Source: Salinirubellus litoreus (GTDB taxonomy: Archaea; Halobacteriota; Halobacteria; Halobacteriales; Haloarculaceae). Taken from it: 64,000 nt of DNA. How positions within the stretch are numbered: position 1 is the stretch's first letter; each line of letters starts with the position of its first letter. Shown here one piece after another: positions 1 to 9,787 of this stretch. The translations under genes and the position numbers were made by a program. The notes under the pieces were generated by a model, which saw only the letters and a list, made by a program, of their open reading frames with translations, had not been told where the DNA came from and ran no database searches. The DNA lies in assembly GCF_037335815.1 (NCBI RefSeq), contig NZ_CP147841.1:1234591-1298590 (forward strand), read 5' to 3'.

Positions 1-679
1 GTGTGTTCGCCGCGACCGTCCCGAGGTCGGGGAACCCCTCGGGGGGTGTGACGCCGTCGATGGGGTCGAACCCCGCGTCGGACGGGCGGTCGCGGACGAG
101 AACCCCGACCCCGAGGGTGAAGGCGAAGCCGACGAGGGCCGCCGCGAGCATCGAGTCGCGCCACCCGGTCGCCTCGACGGCGAGCGCGAGCGGCGTCGTC
201 GCGAGCACACCGCCGACACCGGCGGCCGCGGCCGTCAGGCCGGTCATCGTGGCGAACTCGCGGGGGCGGTACCAGTTGGCGAGGAAGCGGAGCGTGGCGA
301 TGAACAGGACGCTCCCGCCGAGACCGACGACCGCCCGCGAGAGGAAGGCCGCGAGGAACGACCCCGAGACGGCGAAGCCGACGACGCCGGCCGACATACA
401 GAGGAGGCCGACGGCGGCCACCCGTCGGCTCCCGAACCGGTCGACGAGCAGGCCGGAGGGGAGCTGGAGCGCCGCGTAGATGTAGAAGAAGGAAGCGTGG
501 AGGAATCCCAGCTCCGCGCCGGTCGTGTCGAACGTCCGGGCGAGCGGTCCCGAGAGGACGCCCGTCGAGACGCGGTGGAAGTTGACCAGGAGGAAGCCGC
601 CCGCGAGCGCGGCCCAGAGCACCCACCGCCACCGGGTCGGCGCTCGGAGCGTGGAGGGGAGACGGGCGGACGGCGACAT
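1..679 (-). CDS. MFS-type transporter, partial (start codon at 677-679 complement; C-terminal part lies beyond window start)
   Basis: Reverse-strand reading from complement of 'cat' at 677-679 gives MSPSARLPSTLRAPTRWRWVLWAALAGGFLLVNFHRVSTGVLSGPLARTFDTTGAELGFLHASFFYIYAALQLPSGLLVDRFGSRRVAAVGLLCMSAGV... with repeated hydrophobic helices and GC3-rich codons; absent from ORF track only because no in-window stop. Confidence 0.55.
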   Translation of the reverse strand, partial: MSPSARLPSTLRAPTRWRWVLWAALAGGFLLVNFHRVSTGVLSGPLARTFDTTGAELGFLHASFFYIYAALQLPSGLLVDRFGSRRVAAVGLLCMSAGVVGFAVSGSFLAAFLSRAVVGLGGSVLFIATLRFLANWYRPREFATMTGLTAAAAGVGGVLATTPLALAVEATGWRDSMLAAALVGFAFTLGVGVLVRDRPSDAGFDPIDGVTPPEGFPDLGTVAANT

Positions 680-777
680 GGCGGACGCTCCGGGTCCGGG
701 GGTAATACGCTGTCGGTCGTTCGAGCGACCCACCCGGCGGGGTGAGGGTATTTCGGGGTGGTCCCCGTCCGGGCGAT

Positions 778-1659
778 ATGGACACGAGCCGGCAGCTCTA
801 CGAACTGGGAGCGACCGGGTGGCGGCGCGGGCTCTACGACGACGTCGAGCACACCTTTCGGGCCCCGATCGTCAACTGGATCTTCCGGACCGCTACCGCG
901 AACCTCCCCGGGTTCACCCGCTACGCGTGGGGCCAGGTCAAGCCGCTGTTCGAGACCCGTGCGTTCGCCGAGTGCAGCGTCGCCTACCGCGACGCGGTTC
1001 TCTCGGCGCTCGAAGCGGAGGAACGAGGGCCGCTCCCGACGCTCCGCAAGCCGACGACCGGGCTCTCGCCCGCGGAGTACGCACAGCTCCGCGGGCAGGT
1101 CGCCACGTTCGACGTCGTGGCCCCGCGGCTCGCCGTCCTGTTCGAGGTGATGGACCGGGCGCTCCACGAGGAGCCCCTGGGAACGGACGTGGCCGACGAC
1201 CGGGCGACGACCGCCCCGTTCCCCGAGCACCTGGACCGGGACCGAGGAGTCGCGCCGACGATGGCCGACGACGTGCCCGGAGAGATCGTGGAGACGGTCG
1301 ACGAGATCCGGGCGTTCCACGGGTTCGAGGGCGAGAGCCTGCCGAGCATCTACCGCTGTCTCTGTCAGTGGCCGGGCTACCTGGAGCCAGCGTGGGAAGC
1401 CCTCGAACCGCGCTTCGAGGGGTCGGGGTTCGAGGCGGCCCTCGAACGGGGTTCGGCGGTCGTCGAGTCGTTCGTCGACGGCGCACCCTACCGACCGGCG
1501 CTCGGGCCCGGGGCCCTCGACGCCGCGGGGGTCGGCGACGCCGGCGAGGACGCCCGGGAGCTGTTCCGGTCGTTCAACGGCGGCCCCGTCGAGACGGTGC
1601 TCCCGGCGCTCCCGGTGTGGGCGGCGACGGTCGGATCGGAGGGCGAGCGGTCGCTCTGA
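778..1659 (+). CDS. conserved haloarchaeal protein, possibly halocarboxylic acid dehydrogenase DehI-family
   Basis: ATG at 778 inside track ORF 742..1659; acidic, GC3-rich; motifs IYRCLCQWPGYLEPAWEALEP reminiscent of DehI-like proteins; family assignment from memory only. Confidence 0.45.
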   Translation: MDTSRQLYELGATGWRRGLYDDVEHTFRAPIVNWIFRTATANLPGFTRYAWGQVKPLFETRAFAECSVAYRDAVLSALEAEERGPLPTLRKPTTGLSPAEYAQLRGQVATFDVVAPRLAVLFEVMDRALHEEPLGTDVADDRATTAPFPEHLDRDRGVAPTMADDVPGEIVETVDEIRAFHGFEGESLPSIYRCLCQWPGYLEPAWEALEPRFEGSGFEAALERGSAVVESFVDGAPYRPALGPGALDAAGVGDAGEDARELFRSFNGGPVETVLPALPVWAATVGSEGERSL

Positions 1660-1667
1660 CGACGCTG

Positions 1668-2441
1668 TCAGCCGACCATCGTCAGCCCGCCCGAGACCGA
1701 GAGCACCTGTCCGGTGACGAATCCGGCGTCGTCGCTGGCGAAGTAGGCGACCGCGCCGGCGACGTCCTCGGGTTCGGTCATCCGGCCGAGCGGGATCTGC
1801 TCGCTCATCGCGCCGAGTATCCGCTCGGCGAGGTCGGACTCCTCGCGCATCTCGCGGGTGAGCGGCGTGTCGGCGGGGCCGGGACAGACCACGTTGCACC
1901 GGATGCCGTCGCGGGCGAGTTCGCGCGCCATCGTCTTCGTGAACGCGACGATCGCGCCCTTCGTCCCGGCGTAGACGGCCTCGCCGGAGGACCCCACGCG
2001 GCCGGCGTCGGAGGCGACCGAGACGACGGCCCCGCCCTCGCCGCGCTCGGTGAGGACTTCGGCGGCGGCCCGGGTGCAGTTGAGCGTCCCCCGGTAGTTG
2101 ACGTCGATGATGCGGTCCCAGATCTCGGGATCCTGTTCGAGGAACCACTCGATGCGGTCCCAGCCGGCGTTGTTGACGAGGACGTCCATCCCCGCCCTGT
2201 CCGCGACGTCGTCGACGACCCCTCGCATCTCGTCGAGGTCGGTGACGTCGCCGACGGCCGGGAAGGCCTCGCCGGGGAGGTCCGACTCGTCGACGGCCTC
2301 GACGGTGGCTTTCGCTCTGTCGGCGTCGATATCGTTGACGGCGACGGTCGCCCCCGCTTCGGCGAGCCGGTGGGTGATAGCCGACCCGAACCCGCCGCCC
2401 GCACCCGTCACCAGCACCGTTTTGCTGTCGATTCCGTGCAT
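1668..2441 (-). CDS. SDR family oxidoreductase (FabG-like short-chain dehydrogenase/reductase)
   Basis: C-terminal 257 aa of track ORF 1668..3554; start ATG (complement of cat 2439-2441) verified; TGAGGGFG Rossmann motif, NNAG, S...YxxxK catalytic triad (YAGTKGA). Confidence 0.85.
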   Translation of the reverse strand: MHGIDSKTVLVTGAGGGFGSAITHRLAEAGATVAVNDIDADRAKATVEAVDESDLPGEAFPAVGDVTDLDEMRGVVDDVADRAGMDVLVNNAGWDRIEWFLEQDPEIWDRIIDVNYRGTLNCTRAAAEVLTERGEGGAVVSVASDAGRVGSSGEAVYAGTKGAIVAFTKTMARELARDGIRCNVVCPGPADTPLTREMREESDLAERILGAMSEQIPLGRMTEPEDVAGAVAYFASDDAGFVTGQVLSVSGGLTMVG

Positions 2442-2698
2442 AGGCCGATGTGGTGTGGTCGACACTTGACTGACGGGGGTGTGGGGTGCCCTTCGTACCA
2501 CCGGAGCGGTGTGCGGGGATGCGGGCTCTCGTTTCGCGTCGAACTCGTGCGGTGAGGTCCCCGTATCGCCCGTCCGCTCCACGGAGAGCGAGATGGTTCG
2601 GAGCGGGCGAGCGCGTCCGTGGTAGAGTCGCGCCGGCCGCTCGCGGGACCGACTTCGGTCCCGTCTCTCGAGAACGACTCCGATACGGCCCCGCGTCG

Positions 2699-4054
2699 CT
2701 ACACCAGCGGCGTCCCGTCCGCCCGTGGACCGAGCATCGGGCCGTGTGGGCCGTCGCCCTCGACTACGCGGCGGGTCTCGTAGTCCGTCGAGCGCTCGAC
2801 CGGGACGCGACCGATGGCCCGGATCATGTCGACGTACTCCTCCACGGAACGGAACTCCCCGTGCTCCCCGCCCGCGCGCTTGGTGATCTCCTCGGAGAGG
2901 ATGGTCCCCATGAAGTCGTCGGCACCGCAGGAGAGCAGCTTCAGCCCGCGGGCGTCGCCGTACTTCACCCACGAGGACTGGACGTGCTCGACGTTGTCGA
3001 GGTAGAGCCGCGAGACGGCGATCATCAGCTCGTCCTCGGCGTGACTGGCCCCATCCGAGACGAGCCCGCGGTCGTACAGCGGCGTGTCGTGGTGGACGAA
3101 CGAGAGCGGAACGAACTCCGTGATCGCTCCCGTCCGGTCCTGTAAATCCCGTATCCGGTCGAGGTGCATCACCCGGTGCATCTCGTTCTCGACGTGGCCG
3201 TACATGATCGTCGAGGTCGTGGGGAGCCCGACGTTCGCCGCGGCCTCCATCGCCTCGAGCCACTCCGCGGTGTCGATCTTCCCCGGACAGATGACCTCGC
3301 GCACCTCGTCGACGAGTATCTCCGCTGCGGTACCTGGAACGGAATCGAGTCCGGCCTCCTTCAGCGTCCCGTAGATCTCCTCGTAGGAGCGGTCGGTCCC
3401 CCGGCGGGCGTGGTAGGCCTCCTCGGGCGTCATCGAGTGGAGGTGGACGCCACCCACACTCATCGCCTCCATCTGCTCGACGTACGTCCCGGGGTCGACC
3501 TCGTACGCCTCCGGGGGTCGGTAGTTCGGCGGGTCGGCCATCGATTCGAGCCACTCGCGGTGGTCCGAATCGAGGACGAACGCGGGGTGGAGCCCCGAGA
3601 CCGACGTCACCTCGTAGATGCCCCGACCGAGGTGTTCCTCGACGATCTCCCGGGCCTCGGCCGGCGTCTTCGTGAACCCGCCGTCGCCGTGCTCGCCGTC
3701 GTACCCCTCCTCGAACGAGCCGGCGGGGTCCTTGAAGTTACAGAACAGACACCCCGTGTTGCAGGCCGTGGTGACGTTGTTGTTGAGGTTGACGACGAAC
3801 GTGACCTCCTCGCCGACGACCTCGGCCCGCCGGCGGTCCGCGGCCTCCAGAACCCGTTCCTTGCGTCGCGGATCGATCCCCTCGACGTCGGTTCCGGTGG
3901 TCATGAGTTCGACGCCGTCGGCGACGGTCAGCCGCTCGCCCGCGCGGGCCCTCGCAAGCGCGTCCTCGAACGACTGGTCGGTCTCGGGGACGTGTTCGAA
4001 GTCGAACTCCCCCCGCGGAACGTTTGTCCGTGCCGACGTCTCGAACGCGTCCAT
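2699..4054 (-). CDS. cofH: radical SAM FO synthase subunit CofH (7,8-didemethyl-8-hydroxy-5-deazariboflavin synthase subunit 2)
   Basis: CNTGCLFCNF radical-SAM cysteine motif, ~450 aa, archaeal F420 pathway; ATG (MDAFETS) at complement 4052-4054, GTG alternative at 4069. Confidence 0.65.
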   Translation of the reverse strand: MDAFETSARTNVPRGEFDFEHVPETDQSFEDALARARAGERLTVADGVELMTTGTDVEGIDPRRKERVLEAADRRRAEVVGEEVTFVVNLNNNVTTACNTGCLFCNFKDPAGSFEEGYDGEHGDGGFTKTPAEAREIVEEHLGRGIYEVTSVSGLHPAFVLDSDHREWLESMADPPNYRPPEAYEVDPGTYVEQMEAMSVGGVHLHSMTPEEAYHARRGTDRSYEEIYGTLKEAGLDSVPGTAAEILVDEVREVICPGKIDTAEWLEAMEAAANVGLPTTSTIMYGHVENEMHRVMHLDRIRDLQDRTGAITEFVPLSFVHHDTPLYDRGLVSDGASHAEDELMIAVSRLYLDNVEHVQSSWVKYGDARGLKLLSCGADDFMGTILSEEITKRAGGEHGEFRSVEEYVDMIRAIGRVPVERSTDYETRRVVEGDGPHGPMLGPRADGTPLV

Positions 4055-4074
4055 ACCCCCTCCGTTCACCTGAA

Positions 4075-4090
4075 GGGTAAAAACCCACCG
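4075..4090 (-). promoter_or_regulatory. putative TATA-like promoter element (coding-strand GGGTTTTTAC) about 23 nt upstream of cofH ATG; same architecture upstream of glycosyltransferase gene at 5193-5205
   Basis: ttttta-like box centred about -27 from ATG, consistent with leaderless haloarchaeal transcripts; motif CCGGT..GGGTTTTT(A/G) shared by both upstream regions. Confidence 0.3.
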
Positions 4091-4129
4091 GCGTCGGCGA
4101 GCTCGTTCGTGGGTCCCCGCTCACCGTCG

Positions 4130-5170
4130 CTACTCCGCGCCGGCCTCCCGGTAGCAGTCGAGCCACCGCTCGGCGATCGCCCCCCGATCGAACGCCTCGA
4201 AGGAGTCGTCGAACGTCCACTCCGGATAGTCGCCCGCGTCGACGATGGCGTCCTCGATCTCCTCGGGCGTCGTCGCACGGAACCCCCGCTCGCGCCGCTC
4301 GACGAGTTCGTGGGCCGCCGAGTCCTCCTGGTACTCGACGATACCCACGCAGCCGCAGGCCATCGCCCACAGCAGCTCCGTCGCGAACGGCTCCCACGTC
4401 GCGGTGTGGACGAAGACGTGAGCGGCCCGGTAGCGCGCGATGCGTTCCTCCCGCGAGAGGTCGCCGACGAACGTCACGCGGTCGTCGATACGGAGGTCCG
4501 CGACCTGCGCCTCGTAGGCCTCGCGCTCGGGACCGTCGCCGATCACCGTCGCCGTCCAGTCCCGACCCCGGAGTTCGGCGAGCGCCAGAAATAGCGATCC
4601 GAGGTTGGCCGACCCGTCGAGGTGTCGTCCGGCGACGATGTCGGTCCCGCCGGCCGGCTCGGTCGAGTGGATCAGCGAGGTGTCGAGCATCTCCGGGACC
4701 ACCCGGGTTCGCTCCTCGCCCGCGCCGAATTCGCGCACCCACGTCTCGACCAGCCGCGAGGGGGCGACGACCCGGTCGCCGGCCCGGGCAGCCCGTCGGA
4801 TCAGTCGGCCGGTCGGATCGTCGCCGTACCAGTCGACGATCAGGGGGGCCCGTGCCAGCCGTGCGCCCGCCCTGGCGGCGAGGACGGCCGCCGGCGGGGC
4901 CGGCCGCGCGTGGACGACGTCGGGACGGTCGACGGCGAGCAGCCCCGCGATCCGCGAGACGAACGAGACGTCCGCCGGCGAGACCGTGACCGCCCGGTAG
5001 CGGACGCCCTCGCGCTCGCGGTACTCGTCGTAGCCATCCCACCACCCCGTACAGTAGACGGTGACCTCGTGGCCCCGTTCGGCGAGCTCGCGGGCCACCC
5101 GCTCGGTCCGGGCGACGCCGTCCCGGTCGACGTACCGGCCAGTCCGCGAGGCGACGACGACGACCTGCAT
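4130..5170 (-). CDS. glycosyltransferase family 4 (GT-B, RfaB-like)
   Basis: 346-aa ORF with two Rossmann-like halves, C-terminal EPFATELLWAMACGCVGIV motif typical of GT4 (E-x7-E region). Confidence 0.75.
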   Translation of the reverse strand: MQVVVVASRTGRYVDRDGVARTERVARELAERGHEVTVYCTGWWDGYDEYREREGVRYRAVTVSPADVSFVSRIAGLLAVDRPDVVHARPAPPAAVLAARAGARLARAPLIVDWYGDDPTGRLIRRAARAGDRVVAPSRLVETWVREFGAGEERTRVVPEMLDTSLIHSTEPAGGTDIVAGRHLDGSANLGSLFLALAELRGRDWTATVIGDGPEREAYEAQVADLRIDDRVTFVGDLSREERIARYRAAHVFVHTATWEPFATELLWAMACGCVGIVEYQEDSAAHELVERRERGFRATTPEEIEDAIVDAGDYPEWTFDDSFEAFDRGAIAERWLDCYREAGAE

Positions 5171-5410
5171 GCCGGTGGCTCCGAGGGGTCGGACAAAAAC
5201 CCAATCGACCGGCCCCGATCGAACGTCACCGCCTCTCGGAACGGCGTGCTGGATAGGGGGTGTTCGGCACGGGAGAGCGGTCCGGGTCTCTCACCGGTGT
5301 CGACGCTCGCCACCGAGCCCCCGAGATGAACGTCTCGGGGGCTGTGAGACGAGCTCACCCGGTCCCTGCAGGCCGTGCGGGTTTCCGTCTCCCGACCCTC
5401 GGTGTCACGT

Positions 5411-5581
5411 ATGTCCGGGTTGATCCAGCGAACCGCACAGTCGATCGACAGTACGTGGCAGTCGATATGGCACGAGTCTAGTCGTGTCGAAAAGGTGGTG
5501 GTCGCCGTCGTGCTCCTGGCCACCGGACTGGCCATCCCGGTGATCCCGATCGTCTGGATCGCCCGGATCGTCGCCAACTGA
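5411..5581 (+). CDS. small hypothetical membrane protein (56 aa)
   Basis: ATG at 5411 within track ORF 5375..5581; C-terminal hydrophobic stretch VVVAVVLLATGLAIPVIPIVWIARIV; weak evidence. Confidence 0.25.
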   Translation: MSGLIQRTAQSIDSTWQSIWHESSRVEKVVVAVVLLATGLAIPVIPIVWIARIVAN

Positions 5582-5775
5582 TCGGTGACGCGATCGGGGA
5601 TGGATGCGCGACTCGTGTTCGGCGGGTTCCCGGAGTTCGACGCCGGGAGACGGGTTCGTCGGAGCAGCGCGACCCGTCTGTGAGCGTCACCGTGTCCAGT
5701 CGGGTGGTCGACCCGCTCCCCCGTGGTCGGTGGTGTCGTCCGCGGAGGCGGGCACGTCCGCAACGACGATCTCTA

Positions 5776-6630
5776 TCAGAGTACCCCTCGCCCGCCGGCG
5801 ATCCCGAAGGTCGCCCGCGCCTCGAACGGTCGGTCCTCGCCGCTCGCCGGTCCGAACTCGCAGACCGCGTTCGCCGACCGGACGTCGCGGGCGATCCCCT
5901 GCCACGCGACGCCGAACCGACCGTCCCCTCCCGTTCGCCCCCCGTCGTCGGGAGCGATACCGCCACCGTGGAGCGGCGTCCGACCGGAGGGCCCGCGCTC
6001 GCCCAGCGAGACCGGGACGGGACCCTCGCGGAACGCACCCCGGGGCGCGTAGCCGTCGAGGGTCCATCCACGACCGGCCGCCGCGCCCACCGAGACCCGG
6101 GTCACGCTCGCCCGCCCGAGGCCCCCGTCCGGCTGGTCGGCCCGCGCTCCGGCCCAGAGCCACACCCGGTAGGCGTGCTCGTCGCCGTCGAGGCGGTAGA
6201 CGACCACGGCGACGTCGGCGCTCACCCACGACTCGGGAACTCCGCTCCCGTCGTCGCCGGGCACCGAGATCGAGTCGCGGTACGCCCCCACGTAGGTCGG
6301 TCCGTCGACTCCCGGTTCCTCGCTCTGCCCCCAGACGCCGTGCTCGCCGTAGGTCCCCGCGAGCGAGGCCACCTCCGGTCCGAACCCGTCCTCGAACGCG
6401 AGCCGCTCGGTCGTGAGGGCGACGTCGGCGTTCGACTCCCCCGAGGAGCCGAGCGCGGAGAGACAGCCGGACGTGGCGGAGAGCCCGCCACCAGCGAGAG
6501 CAAGCAGGGCACGGCGCGAGCACGCCGACGGCGACGACGTGGTGCGGGGGTCGGGCGGCGAGTCCGATCTGACACGAGGACCGGACGCGTCGGAGGGGCT
6601 GGAGGGCTGGCGCGACACGTCAGCGATCAC
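5776..6630 (-). CDS. Tat-signal lipoprotein, Gly-rich hypothetical secreted protein
   Basis: SRRALLALAGGGLSATSGC twin-arginine motif followed by lipobox-like cysteine; opposite/overlapping frames are R-rich junk; true start (GTG/ATG) within first 40 codons uncertain. Confidence 0.5.
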   Translation of the reverse strand: MIADVSRQPSSPSDASGPRVRSDSPPDPRTTSSPSACSRRALLALAGGGLSATSGCLSALGSSGESNADVALTTERLAFEDGFGPEVASLAGTYGEHGVWGQSEEPGVDGPTYVGAYRDSISVPGDDGSGVPESWVSADVAVVVYRLDGDEHAYRVWLWAGARADQPDGGLGRASVTRVSVGAAAGRGWTLDGYAPRGAFREGPVPVSLGERGPSGRTPLHGGGIAPDDGGRTGGDGRFGVAWQGIARDVRSANAVCEFGPASGEDRPFEARATFGIAGGRGVL

Positions 6631-6722
6631 GGTGCGGTCGGCTATCGGCCTTTCGACCGCGCTCTCCCCCTTTTCCCTACCGGGCGCAACGACTTTCCAC
6701 CGCGCGCGGCAGTCCCCGGTAC

Positions 6723-8519
6723 ATGAAACAGCTCGAACGGTACCTCAACGTCCGGAGTGCGTACGGGGCGTCGGTCGCCCCCGACGGTACCGTGGCGTTC
6801 CTGATGGACACGACCGGCACCCCGCAGGTGTGGACGCTCGATTCACCGGGGGCGTGGCCGGAACAGCGGACCTTCTACGACGAGCGGGTGACGTTCTGCA
6901 GCTACTCGTCCGCTCGACCGGAACTCGCCTTCGGGATGGACGACGGCGGCAACGAGCGCGAGCAGCTCTTCCGGCTGGACCCGGACGGATCCGTCGTCGA
7001 TCTGACGCGGCACCCCGACGCCAAACACTACTGGGGTGGCTGGTCGAACGACGGCGAGCGGTTCGCCTTCGCCTCCAACCGGCGCGACGAGTCCGTCTTC
7101 GACGTCTACGTCCAGGACCGCGACGCCGTGGGCGAGAACGCCGAACTCGTCTTCGAGGGCGACGGTATCTACTCGGTGGGCGGGTTCTCGCCCGACGACC
7201 GTCACCTCGTCCTGCTGGAGAGCCACTCGAACTTCGACGCCGACGTCCACGCCCTCGACGTCGAGACCGGCGAGAAGACCCACCTCACCCCCCACCAGGG
7301 CGACGTCCGCTACGGCGGCATCGAGTGGGGTCCCGACGGGTCGCTCTACGTCGTCACCGACGACGGGACGGACCTGCTCTACCTCGCCCGGCTCACCCTC
7401 GACGCACACCTCGACACGGTAGTTCGGGACGAGGCGTGGAACGTCGACGGGGTGGCCATCGATCACGACACGGGGCGGCTGGTCTACTCGCGGAACGTCG
7501 ACGGCTACACCGACCTCACGGTCGGCGAGTTCTCGGACCCGACCGAGATCGACACCTTTCCCGCGCCGGACCTCCCCGAGGGCGTGGCGGGCGGCGTCTC
7601 GTTCGGCTCGGAGGGCGAGCGGTTCGCCTGCTCTGCCTCCGGGTCGACGACGAACACGAACGTCTACGTCGTCGAGGTCGAGAGCGGGGAGACCGAGCCG
7701 TGGACCCGTGCCTCGACCGCTGGCATCGATCCCGGAACGTTCCGCCCGCGCGAACTCGTCCGCGTCGAGTCGTTCGACGGACGCGAGATCCCCGCGTACC
7801 TCTCGCTCCCCGCCGAAGTCCCGGAGGGGGGTGCCCCCGTGGTGGTCGACGTCCACGGTGGGCCAGAGTCACAGCGCCGACCGTCGTTCGGTTCGCTGGG
7901 ACAGTACTTCCTCTCGAACGGCTACGCGATGTTCGAGCCGAACGTCCGGGGCTCCACGGGGTACGGGAAGGCCTACTCCCGGCTCGACGACGTGAGAGAT
8001 CGGATGGACTCGGTGAAGGACCTGAAAGCGGGGGCGGAGTTCCTCGCCGGCCACCCGGATATCGACGGCGACCGCGTGGTGGTGATGGGCGGCTCCTACG
8101 GTGGATTCATGGTGCTCGCGGCGCTCACCGAGTACCCCGACCTGTGGGCCGCGGGCGTCGATATCGTGGGTATCGCGAACTTCGTGACGTTCCTCGAGAA
8201 CACGGGGTCCTGGCGGCGCGAGCACCGCGAGGCCGAGTACGGCTCGCTGGAGGTGGACCGGGAGTTCCTCGAATCGATCAGTCCGCTCCACGGCGCGGAT
8301 CGCATCCGCGCGCCGCTGTTCGTCATCCACGGCGCGAACGACCCGCGGGTGCCGGTCGGCGAGGCCGAGCAGATCGCCGAGGCCGCGAGCGAACACGTCC
8401 CCGTCGAGAAGCTGATCTTCGAGGACGAGGGCCACGGCCTCTCGAAGCGCGAGAACCGCATCGAGGCCTACACGCGGGTCGTCGAGTTCCTCGACGAGCA
8501 CGTCCGAGCGGGATCGTAG
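6723..8519 (+). CDS. S9 family serine peptidase (prolyl oligopeptidase/acylaminoacyl-peptidase-like) with N-terminal beta-propeller
   Basis: 598 aa; catalytic GGSYGG nucleophile elbow, C-terminal alpha/beta hydrolase with D and H (HGANDPRV); ATG at 6723. Confidence 0.85.
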   Translation: MKQLERYLNVRSAYGASVAPDGTVAFLMDTTGTPQVWTLDSPGAWPEQRTFYDERVTFCSYSSARPELAFGMDDGGNEREQLFRLDPDGSVVDLTRHPDAKHYWGGWSNDGERFAFASNRRDESVFDVYVQDRDAVGENAELVFEGDGIYSVGGFSPDDRHLVLLESHSNFDADVHALDVETGEKTHLTPHQGDVRYGGIEWGPDGSLYVVTDDGTDLLYLARLTLDAHLDTVVRDEAWNVDGVAIDHDTGRLVYSRNVDGYTDLTVGEFSDPTEIDTFPAPDLPEGVAGGVSFGSEGERFACSASGSTTNTNVYVVEVESGETEPWTRASTAGIDPGTFRPRELVRVESFDGREIPAYLSLPAEVPEGGAPVVVDVHGGPESQRRPSFGSLGQYFLSNGYAMFEPNVRGSTGYGKAYSRLDDVRDRMDSVKDLKAGAEFLAGHPDIDGDRVVVMGGSYGGFMVLAALTEYPDLWAAGVDIVGIANFVTFLENTGSWRREHREAEYGSLEVDREFLESISPLHGADRIRAPLFVIHGANDPRVPVGEAEQIAEAASEHVPVEKLIFEDEGHGLSKRENRIEAYTRVVEFLDEHVRAGS

Positions 8520-8593
8520 AGTCCCTCCGGGGCGTGTCCGGTCCCGGCCGCTCGACTGAAGATTGACAACCACCCGCCCGCTACCGGTGGTCG

Positions 8594-9712
8594 ATGCTCT
8601 CGCCCGTGGGTGCCCTCCTCTCGCACCTCGTCCTCGCGCTCGTCTGCCTCTCGGGGGTGCGCCTCGTCGCCGCCTCGGCGGGGCCCGATCCCCGCGTCGC
8701 CCGACGGCTCCGCCGGGGCGGGGCGTTCCTGGCGCTCCTCCTCGCCACCGGCTGGGGGGTCGGCGTCGGCACCGACGCCCACGTGGCGGCGTGGACTGCC
8801 AGCGCCGTCCCGGGGCTCGGTGCCGATCTCTACCCGACGCTCGGGACGTTCGCGCTGTTCTGCGGGCCGGTCCCGCTCGCGACGTACGCGGCCTACCGCG
8901 GCGCGGACGCCGCCCTCACCGCTGCTCCCGACGCCGCGGCTCACAGCGGCGGATCGCCCCGGGGGTTCGCCGAGGGGTACGCCCTGGCCGTCGGTCCGGC
9001 GCTCGTCCTGACGGCGCTCGCGCCCGCGGCCCCCGACGGCTGGTGGCTGGTGGCCGGGGTCGCGCTCGTGGGCGTCCTCCTCGCCGCGGGGTCGCCGCTG
9101 CTCGTCCGTCGGATGGTCAGCTCGCGGCCGCTGAGCGCCGCCGAGCGTGCGGCCATCCCCTCGGAGGTCCCCGTCCTCGTCCTGCTGACGGGACGCGACG
9201 GCCCGGTGAACGCGCTCGCGGCGGGCGTGCTCCCCGGCCTCCGATGCGTCTACGTCACCGAGCGGCTGCTCGACTCGCTCCCGTCTCACGAGGCCGCGGC
9301 CATCGTCACCCACGAGGTCGGCCACCACCGCCGCAGACACGTCCCGCTGCGGCTCGGGGCGGTCGGCGCGTACGTCCTCCCGTGGCTCGGCGCGACGACG
9401 CTCGACGTCCCCGGCGCGTTCCTCGCTGGGCTCGTCCTGCTCGTCCCCGCGACGCTCGTCATCTTCCGGATCGTCCGCTGGACCGAGTACGACGCCGACG
9501 CCTACGCCGCCCGGCGGACCTCCCCGGGGGCGCTGGCCGACGCGCTCCGCCGGCTCGGCGAGCGCGGGCTACTGAGCGGGACGGGCGGCCCGCTCGCGCT
9601 CCACCCGCCGCTCGCCGTGCGTATCGCCCGTCTCGATGACCTCGATCGCGAGCGGCCCGATCCCCACCGGGAGGGCCGCCAGCCCCGGCCCGAGGGCCAC
9701 TCGGGAGACTGA
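8594..9712 (+). CDS. M48 family zinc metalloprotease (HtpX/Ste24-like), polytopic membrane protein
   Basis: HEVGHH zinc-binding motif, multiple TM helices; ATG at 8594. Confidence 0.8.
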   Translation: MLSPVGALLSHLVLALVCLSGVRLVAASAGPDPRVARRLRRGGAFLALLLATGWGVGVGTDAHVAAWTASAVPGLGADLYPTLGTFALFCGPVPLATYAAYRGADAALTAAPDAAAHSGGSPRGFAEGYALAVGPALVLTALAPAAPDGWWLVAGVALVGVLLAAGSPLLVRRMVSSRPLSAAERAAIPSEVPVLVLLTGRDGPVNALAAGVLPGLRCVYVTERLLDSLPSHEAAAIVTHEVGHHRRRHVPLRLGAVGAYVLPWLGATTLDVPGAFLAGLVLLVPATLVIFRIVRWTEYDADAYAARRTSPGALADALRRLGERGLLSGTGGPLALHPPLAVRIARLDDLDRERPDPHREGRQPRPEGHSGD

Positions 9713-9787
9713 GCGACCTCCCGCACACTACTCGCCGGTGAGAACTATCTGCTGGTTTTATCCATCTCCACGGGACTCTACCCGCAC

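Noticed and set aside
244-2148. 634-aa track ORF on minus strand (and similar long ORFs 525..2555+, 5687..6523-, 6413..8566+, 5604..6416+, 5680..6726+, 6843..7856-, 8468..9340-, 8563..9639+, 11710..13605+, 13598..14566-, 18437..19540-, 18895..20487+, 35520..36683-, 35705..36718+, 36784..37971-, 43633..44901+, 48971..52240+, 52328..53398+ etc.)
   Set aside because: Arg/Pro/Gly/Ala-dominated low-complexity translations typical of non-coding shadow frames in high-GC DNA. Each overlaps a real acidic, GC3-rich gene on another frame or strand.
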